Source: Candidatus Entotheonellaceae bacterium (GTDB taxonomy: Bacteria > Tectomicrobia > Entotheonellia > Entotheonellales > Entotheonellaceae). From it: 64,000 bases of DNA. The notes beneath the pieces were generated by a model. That model saw nothing but the letters and a program-made list of their open reading frames with translations. It was not told the origin of the DNA and made no database searches. A program made the position numbers and the translations under genes. The stretch is taken from positions 1,664,001-1,728,000 of the forward strand of contig OZ250173.1 of the NCBI GenBank assembly GCA_965238075.1, written 5' to 3'. Of the stretch, positions 53,794-63,667 are shown in pieces; position 1 is the stretch's first letter, and each line of letters opens with the position of its first letter.

Positions 53794-54636
53794 ATGATCA
53801 GGAGCAACATTACCGATACTCTGCAGGTTGGCGACGAGTGTAAGCTCGCGCTGATCGGCGGCCCGTGCGTGATCGAGTCCGAGGATTTCACGCTCCGGAT
53901 GGCCGATGGCATCCGCGAGATCTGCGATCGTCTGGGCATCCCGATGATCTTCAAGTCCTCTTTCGACAAGGCCAACCGGACGTCCATCGATGCCTTCCGG
54001 GGCCACCCGATGGATGTCGGCCTCAAGATTCTGCAGCGCGTCAAGGACGAGGTCGGGGTGCCGGTGTTGACGGACGTGCACGAAAGCGCCCAGGCGGCGA
54101 CTGTGGCGGAGGTCGTGGACGTGCTGCAAATCCCGGCCTTTCTCTGCCGACAGACCGATTTGCTGCTGGCCGCCGCTGCTACGGGGCGGACCGTCAACGT
54201 GAAGAAAGGCCAGTTTCTCGCCCCGTGGGACATGCGGCACGTGGTGGGCAAGCTGGAATCCGGCGGCGCGCGGGACATTCTCCTGACCGAGCGCGGCACC
54301 TGCTTTGGCTACAATGCCCTGGTGGTCGATTTTCGCGGCCTACCGCAAATGCGCGAGCTTGGCTACCCTGTCGTTTTCGACGCCACGCACAGCGTGCAGA
54401 TGCCGGGAGGACAGGGGAGCCGGTCGGGCGGCCAGCGGCAGTTCGTGCCCCATTTGGCGCGCGCCGCCGCGGCGCTCGGCATTGATGTGCTGTTCATGGA
54501 AATCCACGAAGACCCCGATAACGCCCCGAGCGACGGACCGAACATGGTTCCGCTGCACCAGCTCGAAGGGCTCCTGCGACAAGTGCTGCAGATACGCGAA
54601 GCCCTGCAGGCGTCGCCGCCGGTCGTCTTGCAATAA
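53794..54636 (+). CDS. kdsA: KDO8P synthase
   Basis: [34 protein letters not shown] and DATHSVQ. Confidence 0.96.
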   Translation: MIRSNITDTLQVGDECKLALIGGPCVIESEDFTLRMADGIREICDRLGIPMIFKSSFDKANRTSIDAFRGHPMDVGLKILQRVKDEVGVPVLTDVHESAQAATVAEVVDVLQIPAFLCRQTDLLLAAAATGRTVNVKKGQFLAPWDMRHVVGKLESGGARDILLTERGTCFGYNALVVDFRGLPQMRELGYPVVFDATHSVQMPGGQGSRSGGQRQFVPHLARAAAALGIDVLFMEIHEDPDNAPSDGPNMVPLHQLEGLLRQVLQIREALQASPPVVLQ

Positions 54637-54672
54637 CGCCAACGAGTCCCATTGGGAAACCCGGGAGGCCAC

Positions 54673-55671
54673 GTGAAAGCCGATCGGATACGCGACAACA
54701 TGACGGCCAGCTTCCTCAACGTGCTGCGTCACGAGCAGGAGGCCTTGGCGCGTGTCGTGCATCGTTTCAGCAGCGATGACGGAACCATTGCCGAGGCGTG
54801 TGAGACCCTGCTGCACGACGAGGAACGGTGCGGCCGCAACCGCATCATCGTGAGTGGCGTGGGCAAGGCCGGCATCGTGGCCATGAAGGTCGCCTCAACC
54901 CTGTCGTCCACCGGCAGCGCCGCCGTCTTCATGCACCCCGTCGAAGCCCTGCACGGCGACCTGGGATTTGTGGGCGAACACGACTGCGCCCTGCTGTTCT
55001 CGTATTCCGGTGAGAGCGTCGAGGTGATTCGCCTGGCGAGGGAGTTACGGCGCATCAACTGCGCCGTGGTGGTGATCACCAGCCGCCGCGCCAGCACCCT
55101 GGGGCGGATGGCGGCAGTTTGCGTCGAAACGGGTGAGGTTCGGGAGGCGTGCTATCTCGGCTTGGCACCGTCATCAAGCACGACGGTGATGCTCGCCATC
55201 GGCGACGCACTGGCCCTGGCGATGGCCGAGGCGCAAGGGTTTGGCGAGGCGGACTTCGGGCTGAACCACCCGGCCGGCAGCCTCGGACAGCGGTTTCGCT
55301 ATGTGCAGGACTTCATGCGGACCGGCGACAAGATCGTGTGCGTCGAACCGACTGCACAACTCAAGCACGTGATTCAATTGATCAGCGACGCCAAAACCGG
55401 CTCGGCCACCCTGATCGACCCCGATGGCGCCCTGGTAGGCATTTTCACCGACGGCGACCTGCGTCGGGCGCTCCTGCAAGGCAGCGCCGTGCTGGAGGAC
55501 GCGACCGAACAGTTTGCCAGCATCCCCTGCCATTTCGTCCTGTACGATACCTCGATCGCCGACGCCCTCAAGCTCTTCCAGAACACGCAGACCGAGGACC
55601 TGCCGGTGCTCGACCCGGAAACGCGACGGGTTCTGGGAACCTTGTGCCTCAAGGACATTACGGCCTTCTGA
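54673..55671 (+). CDS. kdsD: Arabinose 5-phosphate isomerase (KpsF/GutQ family, SIS+CBS)
   Basis: GVGKAG, HPVEALHGDLG, APSSST, HPAGSLG and GIFTDGDLRR. Confidence 0.88.
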   Translation: MKADRIRDNMTASFLNVLRHEQEALARVVHRFSSDDGTIAEACETLLHDEERCGRNRIIVSGVGKAGIVAMKVASTLSSTGSAAVFMHPVEALHGDLGFVGEHDCALLFSYSGESVEVIRLARELRRINCAVVVITSRRASTLGRMAAVCVETGEVREACYLGLAPSSSTTVMLAIGDALALAMAEAQGFGEADFGLNHPAGSLGQRFRYVQDFMRTGDKIVCVEPTAQLKHVIQLISDAKTGSATLIDPDGALVGIFTDGDLRRALLQGSAVLEDATEQFASIPCHFVLYDTSIADALKLFQNTQTEDLPVLDPETRRVLGTLCLKDITAF

Positions 55672-55681
55672 ACCCCGCCCC

Positions 55682-56092
55682 TCAGGCGTTCGGTGCGCCG
55701 TCCCGTTCGAGCAGTTGCAACAGCACCCCGTGCGTCGATTTCGGACTAACGAAGGCCAGGCGGTGTCCCGTCGAGCCCTCGGCAACCCTGACCCGCGCAC
55801 CCGTGTCTTGTAGGCGCGCCACGGCCTCGTCCAAGTCCTCGACTTCCAGCGACAAGAGATACATCCCCTCGCCACGCTGCTCGAGAAATTCCGCCACGGG
55901 GCCTGTCGCTGACGCTGGCGTCATCAACTCGATGCGGGCGCCGCCAATCTGCAAAAAGGCATTGTGGATGCCGAGCGACGACACCTCCCCGCCACCCGCT
56001 TTTTCAAGTTCGAAATTGTGCTGATAGGTCGCTACGGCGGCCTCCAAATCCTTCACCACCACCGCCACGTGATCGATGCGCGTCGCTTTCAT
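55682..56092 (-). CDS. mce: Methylmalonyl-CoA epimerase / VOC family
   Basis: IDHVAVVV, IELMTP, RGEG and AFVSPKSTHGVLLQL. Confidence 0.7.
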   Translation of the reverse strand: MKATRIDHVAVVVKDLEAAVATYQHNFELEKAGGGEVSSLGIHNAFLQIGGARIELMTPASATGPVAEFLEQRGEGMYLLSLEVEDLDEAVARLQDTGARVRVAEGSTGHRLAFVSPKSTHGVLLQLLERDGAPNA

Positions 56093-56260
56093 TGCCTCAC
56101 TTTCTCATGCTAAGATGCCCAACCGTTTTGGATATTGCTCACATAGGTTGCGAGGTTGACTTGCCGACGCCTCCGAACGTCCGAGGCACGCCACAAGCCA
56201 TAGTAAATCAATGTTCCATACGGCAAAAGAGCCAACCGCCTTTGCCCGCGGAGACACAGC

Positions 56261-57493
56261 ATGCAGAAAAGCTACCTACAGGAGTTGTTCGCCGAGCGCA
56301 TCGGCGGTAGGAACTACGGCAAAGACACGGCGGTGTACAAGTTTGAAAAAATCCGCCGTGCCCGTGATGCCGCCGTCGAGGCGCGTCCCGACCTGGCGTT
56401 GATCGACATGGGCGTTGGCGAGCCGGACGGCATGGCCTATCCGGGCGTCGTGAACGCGCTGAGCGAGCAGGCAGCGATGCCCGAAAACCGCGGCTATTCC
56501 GACAACGGCCTGCCGGAGTTCAAGGAGGCCGTCGCGCAGTACATGGCGCGCGTGTACGGCGTGGACCTTGACCCGGCTAGCGAGATCACCCACGCCGTCG
56601 GCGCCAAGAACGCCCTGGCTTTTCTGCCAACGTGCTTCATTAACCCGGGCGACGCCGTCATCACGACCGTTCCGGGCTATCCGGTCCTCGGCACCCACTG
56701 CCGCTGGTACGGCGGCGACGTCTATACCCTGCCGCTGTTGGAAGAGAACGCCTACCTGCCCGACCTCAGCAGCCTCACCGACGAGCAATTGGCAAAGGCC
56801 AAAATCCTGCTGTTCAACTACCCGAACAACCCGACCGGCGCCGTGGCCACACCCGAGTTCTTCGAAGAAGTCGTGGCCTTCGCCAAGCAGCACAAGCTGC
56901 TGGTGGTGCAAGACGCCGCCTACGCCGCCTTGGTGTTCGAGGGCCAGCCCCTGAGTTTTCTTTCCATCCCGGGCGCGAAGGAGGTCGGGGTGGAAATCCA
57001 CAGCATGTCCAAGGCATTCAACATGACGGGATGGCGTCTGGCTTGGATTTGCGGCAACGAATTGGCGGTGCGCGCGTTCGCCGATACCAAGGACAATTTC
57101 GACTCCGGCCAGTTCAAGGCCATTCAGATGGCGTCCACGTACGCCTTGCAGCATCCCGAAATCACCGAGGAAATCGCCAACAAGTACAACCGCCGCCTGG
57201 CGATGCTGGCAGATGCCCTCAGCACTATGGGCTTCGAGGCGAAAAAGCCGGCAGCCTCTTTCTTCCTATACGTGCGGGCGCCTCGGGGCGTCGCGGGCGG
57301 CCAGCGGTTCGACACCGGGGAGGATTTCTCGCAGTTTCTCATCCGCGAGAAGCTGATCTGTGCCGTGCCGTGGGACGACGCCGGGCCGTATATTCGGTTC
57401 TCGGTGACATTCCAGGCCGCTTCGCTGGAGGAAGAGAAGGACATCGTGCGTGAGATCGGGGCGCGCCTGTCGGACGTGCCGTTCGAGTTTTAG
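56261..57493 (+). CDS. dapL: LL-diaminopimelate aminotransferase
   Basis: YKFEKI, DMGVGEPD, NYPNNPTG, DAAY and HSMSKAFNMTGWR. Confidence 0.85.
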   Translation: MQKSYLQELFAERIGGRNYGKDTAVYKFEKIRRARDAAVEARPDLALIDMGVGEPDGMAYPGVVNALSEQAAMPENRGYSDNGLPEFKEAVAQYMARVYGVDLDPASEITHAVGAKNALAFLPTCFINPGDAVITTVPGYPVLGTHCRWYGGDVYTLPLLEENAYLPDLSSLTDEQLAKAKILLFNYPNNPTGAVATPEFFEEVVAFAKQHKLLVVQDAAYAALVFEGQPLSFLSIPGAKEVGVEIHSMSKAFNMTGWRLAWICGNELAVRAFADTKDNFDSGQFKAIQMASTYALQHPEITEEIANKYNRRLAMLADALSTMGFEAKKPAASFFLYVRAPRGVAGGQRFDTGEDFSQFLIREKLICAVPWDDAGPYIRFSVTFQAASLEEEKDIVREIGARLSDVPFEF

Positions 57494-57494
57494 C

Positions 57495-58094
57495 ATGGAA
57501 ACCATTCAGCGCGTCATGCTGGGCTCGCGGAACAATGCCAAAATCCGCGGCGTACAAGCCGCCTTCAACGGCTTGCAGGCGGCGGTTCAAGGCCCCGACC
57601 TGCGATCGTCAGAGACCTGGACCTGCCAGGTTGAAACCGGTGTCAATGAGGAACCTTGGGGGTTCCCCGCCACCATACAAGGCTCCCAAAACCGGGCACG
57701 CGCCGCGTTTGAACACCTCGAAACGGAAGACGTGCAGGCCGGACACGTCGCGCTCGGCATCGGCGTCGAGAGCGGATTCATCGAGGTAACCCCCACCGCC
57801 TTCACGCTATATAATTTTGACGTCTGCTGCCTGTTTGACGGCAGCTACGACTACTTCGGCATCTCACCCGGCTTTGAATACCCCCGCCGCCTGGTGCGAG
57901 ACATCTTCTTGCACCGGCAACCCTTCCAAGCCGCCCGCCAGTACATCACCACCAGCCCCGACATCGAGCAGCAAGGCGGTATCGTCGGCGTCCTGGCCGC
58001 CGGCCATATCGACCGCCCGGAAATGGCACGCCTAGCATCCCACATGGCGCTCATCCGCTACCTGCAGCGCCACGATTACGAGAGGTGGGGTTAG
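57495..58094 (+). CDS. Inosine/xanthosine triphosphatase (DUF84/YjjX-like)
   Basis: GSRNNAK, TGVNEEP, NRA, GIGVESG and GIVGVL. Confidence 0.75.
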   Translation: METIQRVMLGSRNNAKIRGVQAAFNGLQAAVQGPDLRSSETWTCQVETGVNEEPWGFPATIQGSQNRARAAFEHLETEDVQAGHVALGIGVESGFIEVTPTAFTLYNFDVCCLFDGSYDYFGISPGFEYPRRLVRDIFLHRQPFQAARQYITTSPDIEQQGGIVGVLAAGHIDRPEMARLASHMALIRYLQRHDYERWG

Positions 58095-58225
58095 AACACG
58101 GGTTGGCAATCATGGCCGCTTGCGCCGCGGCCAAGTCCAAGGGCGAAAAGATTCGGAGCCACACAGGGGTGAAAAGGACAAATTCGTTTTCGATAATTTG
58201 CATTTCAGATGCATAATTTCTACTT

Positions 58226-59448
58226 ATGGATTCACAATATATCAGTCGCTCACTGGAGCCGGTACTAAGAAAGGCGGCCTCGGAGTTTCCGGCCGTGGTC
58301 CTGACCGGGCCGCGTCAGTCGGGCAAGACGACCCTGCTACGGCGTCTCTTCGAAAGGCACTGCCGGCACGTATCGCTGGAGCCGCCGGACGTTCGCGCGG
58401 CCGCCGCGGAAGACCCGCGCGGCTTTCTGGAGCTATACCCCGCACCGGTCATCTTCGATGAGGTGCACTACGCCCCCGATCTACTTGCCTATGTCAAGGA
58501 GAAGATCGACGCGAACCGCGCCAGGAACGGCCAGTATCTGCTGACTAGTTCGCAGAATTTGTTACTCGCCGAGAAGGTGACCGAGTCATTGGTGAACCGG
58601 GCGGCCATGCTACGCGTGTTGCCGCTGTCGAGGCGGGAAGCGGAAGGACGGCCTCGACTTGACCTTGCGCGGGAGCGCAAGCGCCCATCGTCTTGGCGAT
58701 CGCCGCAGGCCTTTGGCGGCCTGTGGGAAAGCTTCCTGAGAGGGGGTATCCCGAACTCGCGGTACAACCCCAGCGAGATGCCTCCCTTTGGCATGCCAGC
58801 TACATCCAAACCTATCTTGAACGGGACGTACGCGCGCTGCGGCAAGTCGGGGACCTGACACAGTATCAGAATTTCCTCCGCGTGTTGGCGGCCCGAAGCG
58901 CGCAGTTCGTGAACCTGACCGACGTCGCCCGGGACCTTGGCGTAGCGGTCAACACGGTCAAGGCTTGGCTCTCCGTGCTTGAGGCCACCTATCAGGTGAT
59001 CGTGCTGCGTCCCTACTTCGCCAACGTCGGCAAACGACTCGTCAAGACCCCAGAGGTGTATTTCACCGATGTCGGCACGCTCTGCTATCTGGCGGGTCTC
59101 AAGGACCCCGAACATGCCGCGTCAGGCCCGATGGGCGGCGCCATCATGGAAACAGCGGTGCTCTCGGAAATCGTCAAGACGTTGACCCATCGGGGGATCG
59201 ACCCGCACCTCTATTTCTGGCGAACCCAGGCCGGAACGAAGGTGGACTTCGTAGTCGATACCGGCGCAGGGCTCGTTCCCATCGAGGTCAAGCTGTCGGC
59301 CACCCCGCGACCCGCCATGGCCGCCGCCATCAGGACATTCCAGCGCGACCTGGGAAGGACCGCGATGCCCGGTTACGTCGTTCATCCTGGCGATATACGG
59401 CTGCCCTTAGGCCCTGGCGTTACCGCGCTGCCTTTCTCCGAGCTTTAA
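58226..59448 (+). pseudogene. AAA_14 + DUF4143 ATPase, frameshifted
   Basis: GPRQSGKTT, FDE, YLERD and IEVK. The frame breaks at the G5 run at 58742 (GGYPE), and several conserved residues are degraded (LTSS, SLVNR). Confidence 0.8.
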
Positions 59449-59655
59449 ACCGCGCTCCCAATGGGATAGGTACTGAATGCGTTGTAACGGGGTCGATTGA
59501 TTCCCACTGCGCGATGGATACAGGCGTCGAGGAGACAAATCGCGCCCGTATTCGGTGGCGAAGACAACGACCTTTGGGACCATGACACAGAAGGTCGTAG
59601 TAGAGGCGGTTTCATAACTATCTGATAGCTGTCGCAAGTAAATGAGTTAGTGATG

Positions 59656-60150
59656 TTACGCACTGTTTGAGTCATTGGGTCAAGAAGTGGATGAGAGACT
59701 ATGAACAGAGAATTCGTAGACCTCTTCAGCGATTACCTCTTGAGTTCCCCCGTTCAAGCCGGGGGCAGGCTCTTTGGCGCAACCACCGCAACGGGTCTCT
59801 CAGACCTGCTCGAAGGTTCCCTCAGCCATGACCCGATAACCCGCTTCCTATCCCAACAACGCTTTGGCTCCAAAACCCTCTGGCAACTCGTCAAACCCAT
59901 GGTGCGCGCCATCGAAGACGACGCGGGCGTCCTTATCTTCGACGACACCATTGAGGAAAAGCCCTATACGGACGAAAACGAACTCATCTCCTGGCACTTC
60001 GACCACAGCAAGAACCGCACCGTCTAAGGCATCAATCTGCCTAACTGTGTCTATCACGCCCAAGGCACCACCCTGCCCGTGGCCTACGAACTCATCGGTA
60101 AACCCATCGTCTACCGCGATGCGAAAACGGGCCGCTTGAAGCGCGAGAGC
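59656..60150 (+). mobile_element. IS701-like transposase 5' remnant
   Basis: TTATGLS, SHDPITRFL, FDDTIEEKPYTDEN and WHFDHSKNR. In-frame TAA at 60025, then truncated. Confidence 0.75.
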
Positions 60151-60161
60151 ACCTGTTCCAA

Positions 60162-60365
60162 GGCCGTTGGCGCAGTTACAGCTGCGAAGAACTGACGGCC
60201 CGCGACAAGACCAGCCTCGACATATTCTGGCTCAAGGACAAGAGCCTGACGGACCTGGACAACCTGCCCGGGCCCGACGACCTTGCCGAAGAGATCATCG
60301 AAAACTTGGAAGCTGGCCTCAACAGCTTCCGCGAAGTGCTCGCCGATTTGCAGCAGGCAGGGTAG
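60162..60365 (+). pseudogene. C-terminal fragment of type I restriction-modification methyltransferase HsdM
   Basis: Manual translation: GRWRSYSCEELTARDKTSLDIFWLKDKSLTDLDNLPGPDDLAEEIIENLEAGLNSFREVL...*. Confidence 0.8.
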
Positions 60366-60989
60366 TTGAACGAGCGGTCGGAGCAGGGCAAGGCAGCCAT
60401 CTGAAAATACAATTTCCGCCCCCCTGCTATTGTCCTTAAGCGGGTATGGCACCAGAACGGGGAGCCGCCCGCTGTAAAGGGAAAAATCATCGCGATGGCG
60501 TCTCCGTAGTCCGGCTGAAAAACGCTATGTTGCCGCATTTAGCCCGGCAGCAGCATTCGCTCGAAACCCACGAATATATGTACCCGCTCAGAATTCAAAA
60601 GAACCCAATGAGGGAGGCTTCGTGCATATGATCCCGTTACGATTGTTGCTGTGCTTCCTTGCCCTGGTCTTACTGACCTCGGCTCGCCATGACGAACCGG
60701 GGCCGAGGCACTGCTGGTACCGGGCTCGGTCTACGAATGGCCCCGGCCAGGCGAGCACCCCGACCATTGCGCCGTATCGGCGGATTTCCTGTTGTTGGGA
60801 AGGTGATCGTCTGGGCATGTGCGGGAGCCTCCCTCTTCCTGGCCCTGCCCCGCCAGGGGGGAGGACAAGGTCCTGGCGGGACTTGAAGCAGCTACCAAGA
60901 GTGTCTATCATGGCTGCTGTTTGTATCACGAAAAAGGGGACGGAAATCAGGGGCTTGGGTTCTGGAACCACATTCGGGAAACGCGCACG

Positions 60990-62018
60990 ATGAACAGCCA
61001 AATGCACAAGCCGACCGGGGGCGACATCAGCGGCAGGCTGCGGATTCTTCTGGCCGCGGCCGTTTGCGCGATGATGCTTCTGGGCTCGCCGGCTGGTTGG
61101 GCGCAGGAGGCGCAGACGCTGGACGGCATCGCGGCGGTGGTGAACGAGGAAATCATCACCATCGGCGAAGTGCGCGAGGCGATGGCCTTCGAGGTGACGC
61201 AACTGGCCCGGACCTATCGCGGCGAGCGGTTGCAGAAGCAGCTTTCCGCCACGTACAAGCAGACGCTGAACAACCTCATGGACATCCAATTGCAGCTTGC
61301 CCGGGCGCGGCAGTTGCAAATGAGCGTCAGTGACGGCGAGATTGACCGGCAAGTCGATGCGCTGAAGGAACAGAACCAGATTTCCGACGACCAGTTGGTG
61401 CAGATGTTGAAAAGCCGCGGCATGACCCTGGAGACCTACCGGCAGCAGATCCGCGAGGGTCTGCTGGTCACCAAGGTCGTCAACGCCGAGGTGCGGTCGC
61501 GCCTCATCATCCTCGACAGCGAGTTGCAGGAAGCTTACGAGGCGCGGCAGGAAAGCTACCGCATCGCCGGCACCCAGACGGTGAGTCACGTCCTATTTCT
61601 ACTGCCGGAGCGCGCCTCGGATGACGACGTGGCGCAGCGGCGCGCCGAAGCCGAGCGCGTGTTGCAGGAAATCCGAGACGGTGGCGATTTTGCGGCTCTG
61701 GCGCGTCAGCACTCCGAAGGGCCGTCGGCGGAACGCGGCGGCTTGCTGGGTACCTTCCAGGCCAACGAACTGCTGCCGGGCTTCGATGAGGCAACGGCCG
61801 GCCTGCTGCCCGGCGAAGTCAGCGACGTGGTACGCACCCGGGTGGGCCTGCACGTCATTCGCCTCGAAGACCGGCAGGCCGATAGCTTCAAGTCATTCGA
61901 CGACGTCAAAGAGGAACTCAAGAACCAACTGCGGCGCGAGAAGACCGAGGCCAAATACCAGGAATGGCTTGAGGCCCTGCGGCTACAGGCGTACGTCAAG
62001 ATCCTGTATGAGGATTAG
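60990..62018 (+). CDS. SurA-like periplasmic chaperone / parvulin PPIase
   Basis: Signal peptide, IAAVVNEEIIT, SHVL, FAALARQHSEG, GGLLG and GEVSDVVRTRVGLH. Confidence 0.88.
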   Translation: MNSQMHKPTGGDISGRLRILLAAAVCAMMLLGSPAGWAQEAQTLDGIAAVVNEEIITIGEVREAMAFEVTQLARTYRGERLQKQLSATYKQTLNNLMDIQLQLARARQLQMSVSDGEIDRQVDALKEQNQISDDQLVQMLKSRGMTLETYRQQIREGLLVTKVVNAEVRSRLIILDSELQEAYEARQESYRIAGTQTVSHVLFLLPERASDDDVAQRRAEAERVLQEIRDGGDFAALARQHSEGPSAERGGLLGTFQANELLPGFDEATAGLLPGEVSDVVRTRVGLHVIRLEDRQADSFKSFDDVKEELKNQLRREKTEAKYQEWLEALRLQAYVKILYED

Positions 62019-62023
62019 CGCCC

Positions 62024-62048
62024 GTGCCCCTTGAGGGCTCTTTTTTTT
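62024..62048 (+). terminator. Intrinsic terminator / possible attenuator before pyrR
   Basis: gccc-cttga-gggc hairpin followed by TC and T8. Confidence 0.6.
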
Positions 62049-62079
62049 GCCCGCTGCCCAACACTGACGGAGGTTGCAG

Positions 62080-62631
62080 GTGGGAAGACGTACAAAGCTT
62101 GCTGGCAACAGGCAGGTGCTGGACGCCGCGAGCATCGAGCAGGCGCTGTGGCGCATCGGCCGCGAGATCGGCGCGCGTAACACCCCGGCGACACGCCTCG
62201 TGCTCATCGGCATTCGCACCCGCGGCGTGCCGCTGGCCATTCGGCTGGGCACCCTCATCAAGAACGATACCGGCACGGACATACCCGTCGGGACCATCGA
62301 CATCACGCTTTACCGTGACGACCTCAAGGCTCGCCAAGGCCGACCGGTGCAGGCGACACACATTCCCTGCCCGCTCGACGCCCGGCACGTGGTGCTGGTG
62401 GATGACGTGCTGTACACCGGGCGCACCATTCGGGCGGCCATGGACGCACTCACCGATTTCGGGCGCCCGTTGTCGATCCAATTGGCGGTGCTGGTCGACC
62501 GCGGCCACCGCGAGTTCCCCATTCAGGCCGATTACGTCGGCGCCAGCCTGGAAACCGCGCACGATGAGCAGGTGCGCGTGCAGGTAAGTGAAATCGACGG
62601 CCAGGACGCCGTTAGCCTCAAAGCTTGCTAG
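62080..62631 (+). CDS. pyrR: Bifunctional pyr operon regulator / uracil phosphoribosyltransferase
   Basis: GIRTRG, DITLYRDD, LVDDVLYTGRTIRAA and DRGHREFPI. RBS GGAGG. Confidence 0.95.
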   Translation: MGRRTKLAGNRQVLDAASIEQALWRIGREIGARNTPATRLVLIGIRTRGVPLAIRLGTLIKNDTGTDIPVGTIDITLYRDDLKARQGRPVQATHIPCPLDARHVVLVDDVLYTGRTIRAAMDALTDFGRPLSIQLAVLVDRGHREFPIQADYVGASLETAHDEQVRVQVSEIDGQDAVSLKAC

Positions 62632-62737
62632 CCAGAGGCGGCCCCGCCACAGCGAGCGCAGCCGAGCGTATAGACTAAACCCAAGCGAGCGCAGCGAGTC
62701 CTGGCTTGATGCAACCGTTCAGGAAAGACGCAACGTC

Positions 62738-63667
62738 ATGAGTTCGATCAGCTTCCGTGGCCGCGACCTCCTGGACGTTGAAACCCTCTCCGCCGAGGAC
62801 ATTCAACACATTCTGGACGCCGTTCCCTCCTTCAAGGAAGTTTCCGCGCGCGACATCAAGAAAGTCCCGACCCTGCGCGGCAAGACTGTCATCAACCTGT
62901 TCTTCGAACCCAGCACGCGGACGCGCACCTCGTTTGAAATCGCCGGCAAGCGCCTCAGCGCCGACGTGGTGAACATCTCCGTGGCGACCAGCAGCTTCAG
63001 CAAGGGCGAAAGCCTGCGAGACATGGCCGACAACCTTGCGGCGATGCAGGCCGACGTGCTGATCGTGCGCCACCACGTCGCCGGGGTGCCGCATTTCCTG
63101 GCGCGCTCCGTGCCGCAGCCGGTCATCAATGCCGGCGACGGCGCCCACGAGCACCCCACCCAGGCACTGCTGGACGTCTTTACGCTGCAGGAAAAATGGG
63201 GTTCGCTGCAGGGCCGAAGCGCCTTGATCGTCGGGGATATCGCCAGCAGCCGCGTGGCACGCTCGAACGTGCTGGCCATGCGGAAACTCGGCATGCAGGT
63301 CTGCGTCTGCGGCCCGCCTACCATGTTGCCGGTGGGTCTCGATCAGCTCGGCGTCGAGTCCACCAGCGACTTCGACGCGGCCATCCAGTCCACCGACGCC
63401 GTCATGATGCTGCGCATGCAGCGTGAGCGCCACAAGGACGTGCTGTTCCCGTCGCTGGCGGAATACGCCGAGCGCTACTGCCTCACCGGCGAGCGCCTGC
63501 GGCGCGCCAGGGCGGGCGTGGTGGTGATGCACCCGGGCCCCATCAACCGGGGCGTGGAGATCGCCCCCGAGGTGGCAGACGGCTTGGCGTCGGTAATTTT
63601 GCAACAAGTCACCAACGGCGTCGCGGTGCGCATGGCCCTGCTCTACCTGATTCTGGGAGGCGGCTAG
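62738..63667 (+). CDS. pyrB: Aspartate carbamoyltransferase catalytic subunit
   Basis: FFEPSTRT, KGES, NAGDG.HEHPTQ, RMQRER and HPGPINRG. Confidence 0.96.
   Translation: MSSISFRGRDLLDVETLSAEDIQHILDAVPSFKEVSARDIKKVPTLRGKTVINLFFEPSTRTRTSFEIAGKRLSADVVNISVATSSFSKGESLRDMADNLAAMQADVLIVRHHVAGVPHFLARSVPQPVINAGDGAHEHPTQALLDVFTLQEKWGSLQGRSALIVGDIASSRVARSNVLAMRKLGMQVCVCGPPTMLPVGLDQLGVESTSDFDAAIQSTDAVMMLRMQRERHKDVLFPSLAEYAERYCLTGERLRRARAGVVVMHPGPINRGVEIAPEVADGLASVILQQVTNGVAVRMALLYLILGGG

Noticed and set aside
60622-60993. ORF with RBS and signal-like start
   Set aside because: After the hydrophobic start it has no recognisable domain and runs through a palindromic repeat; probably a remnant.
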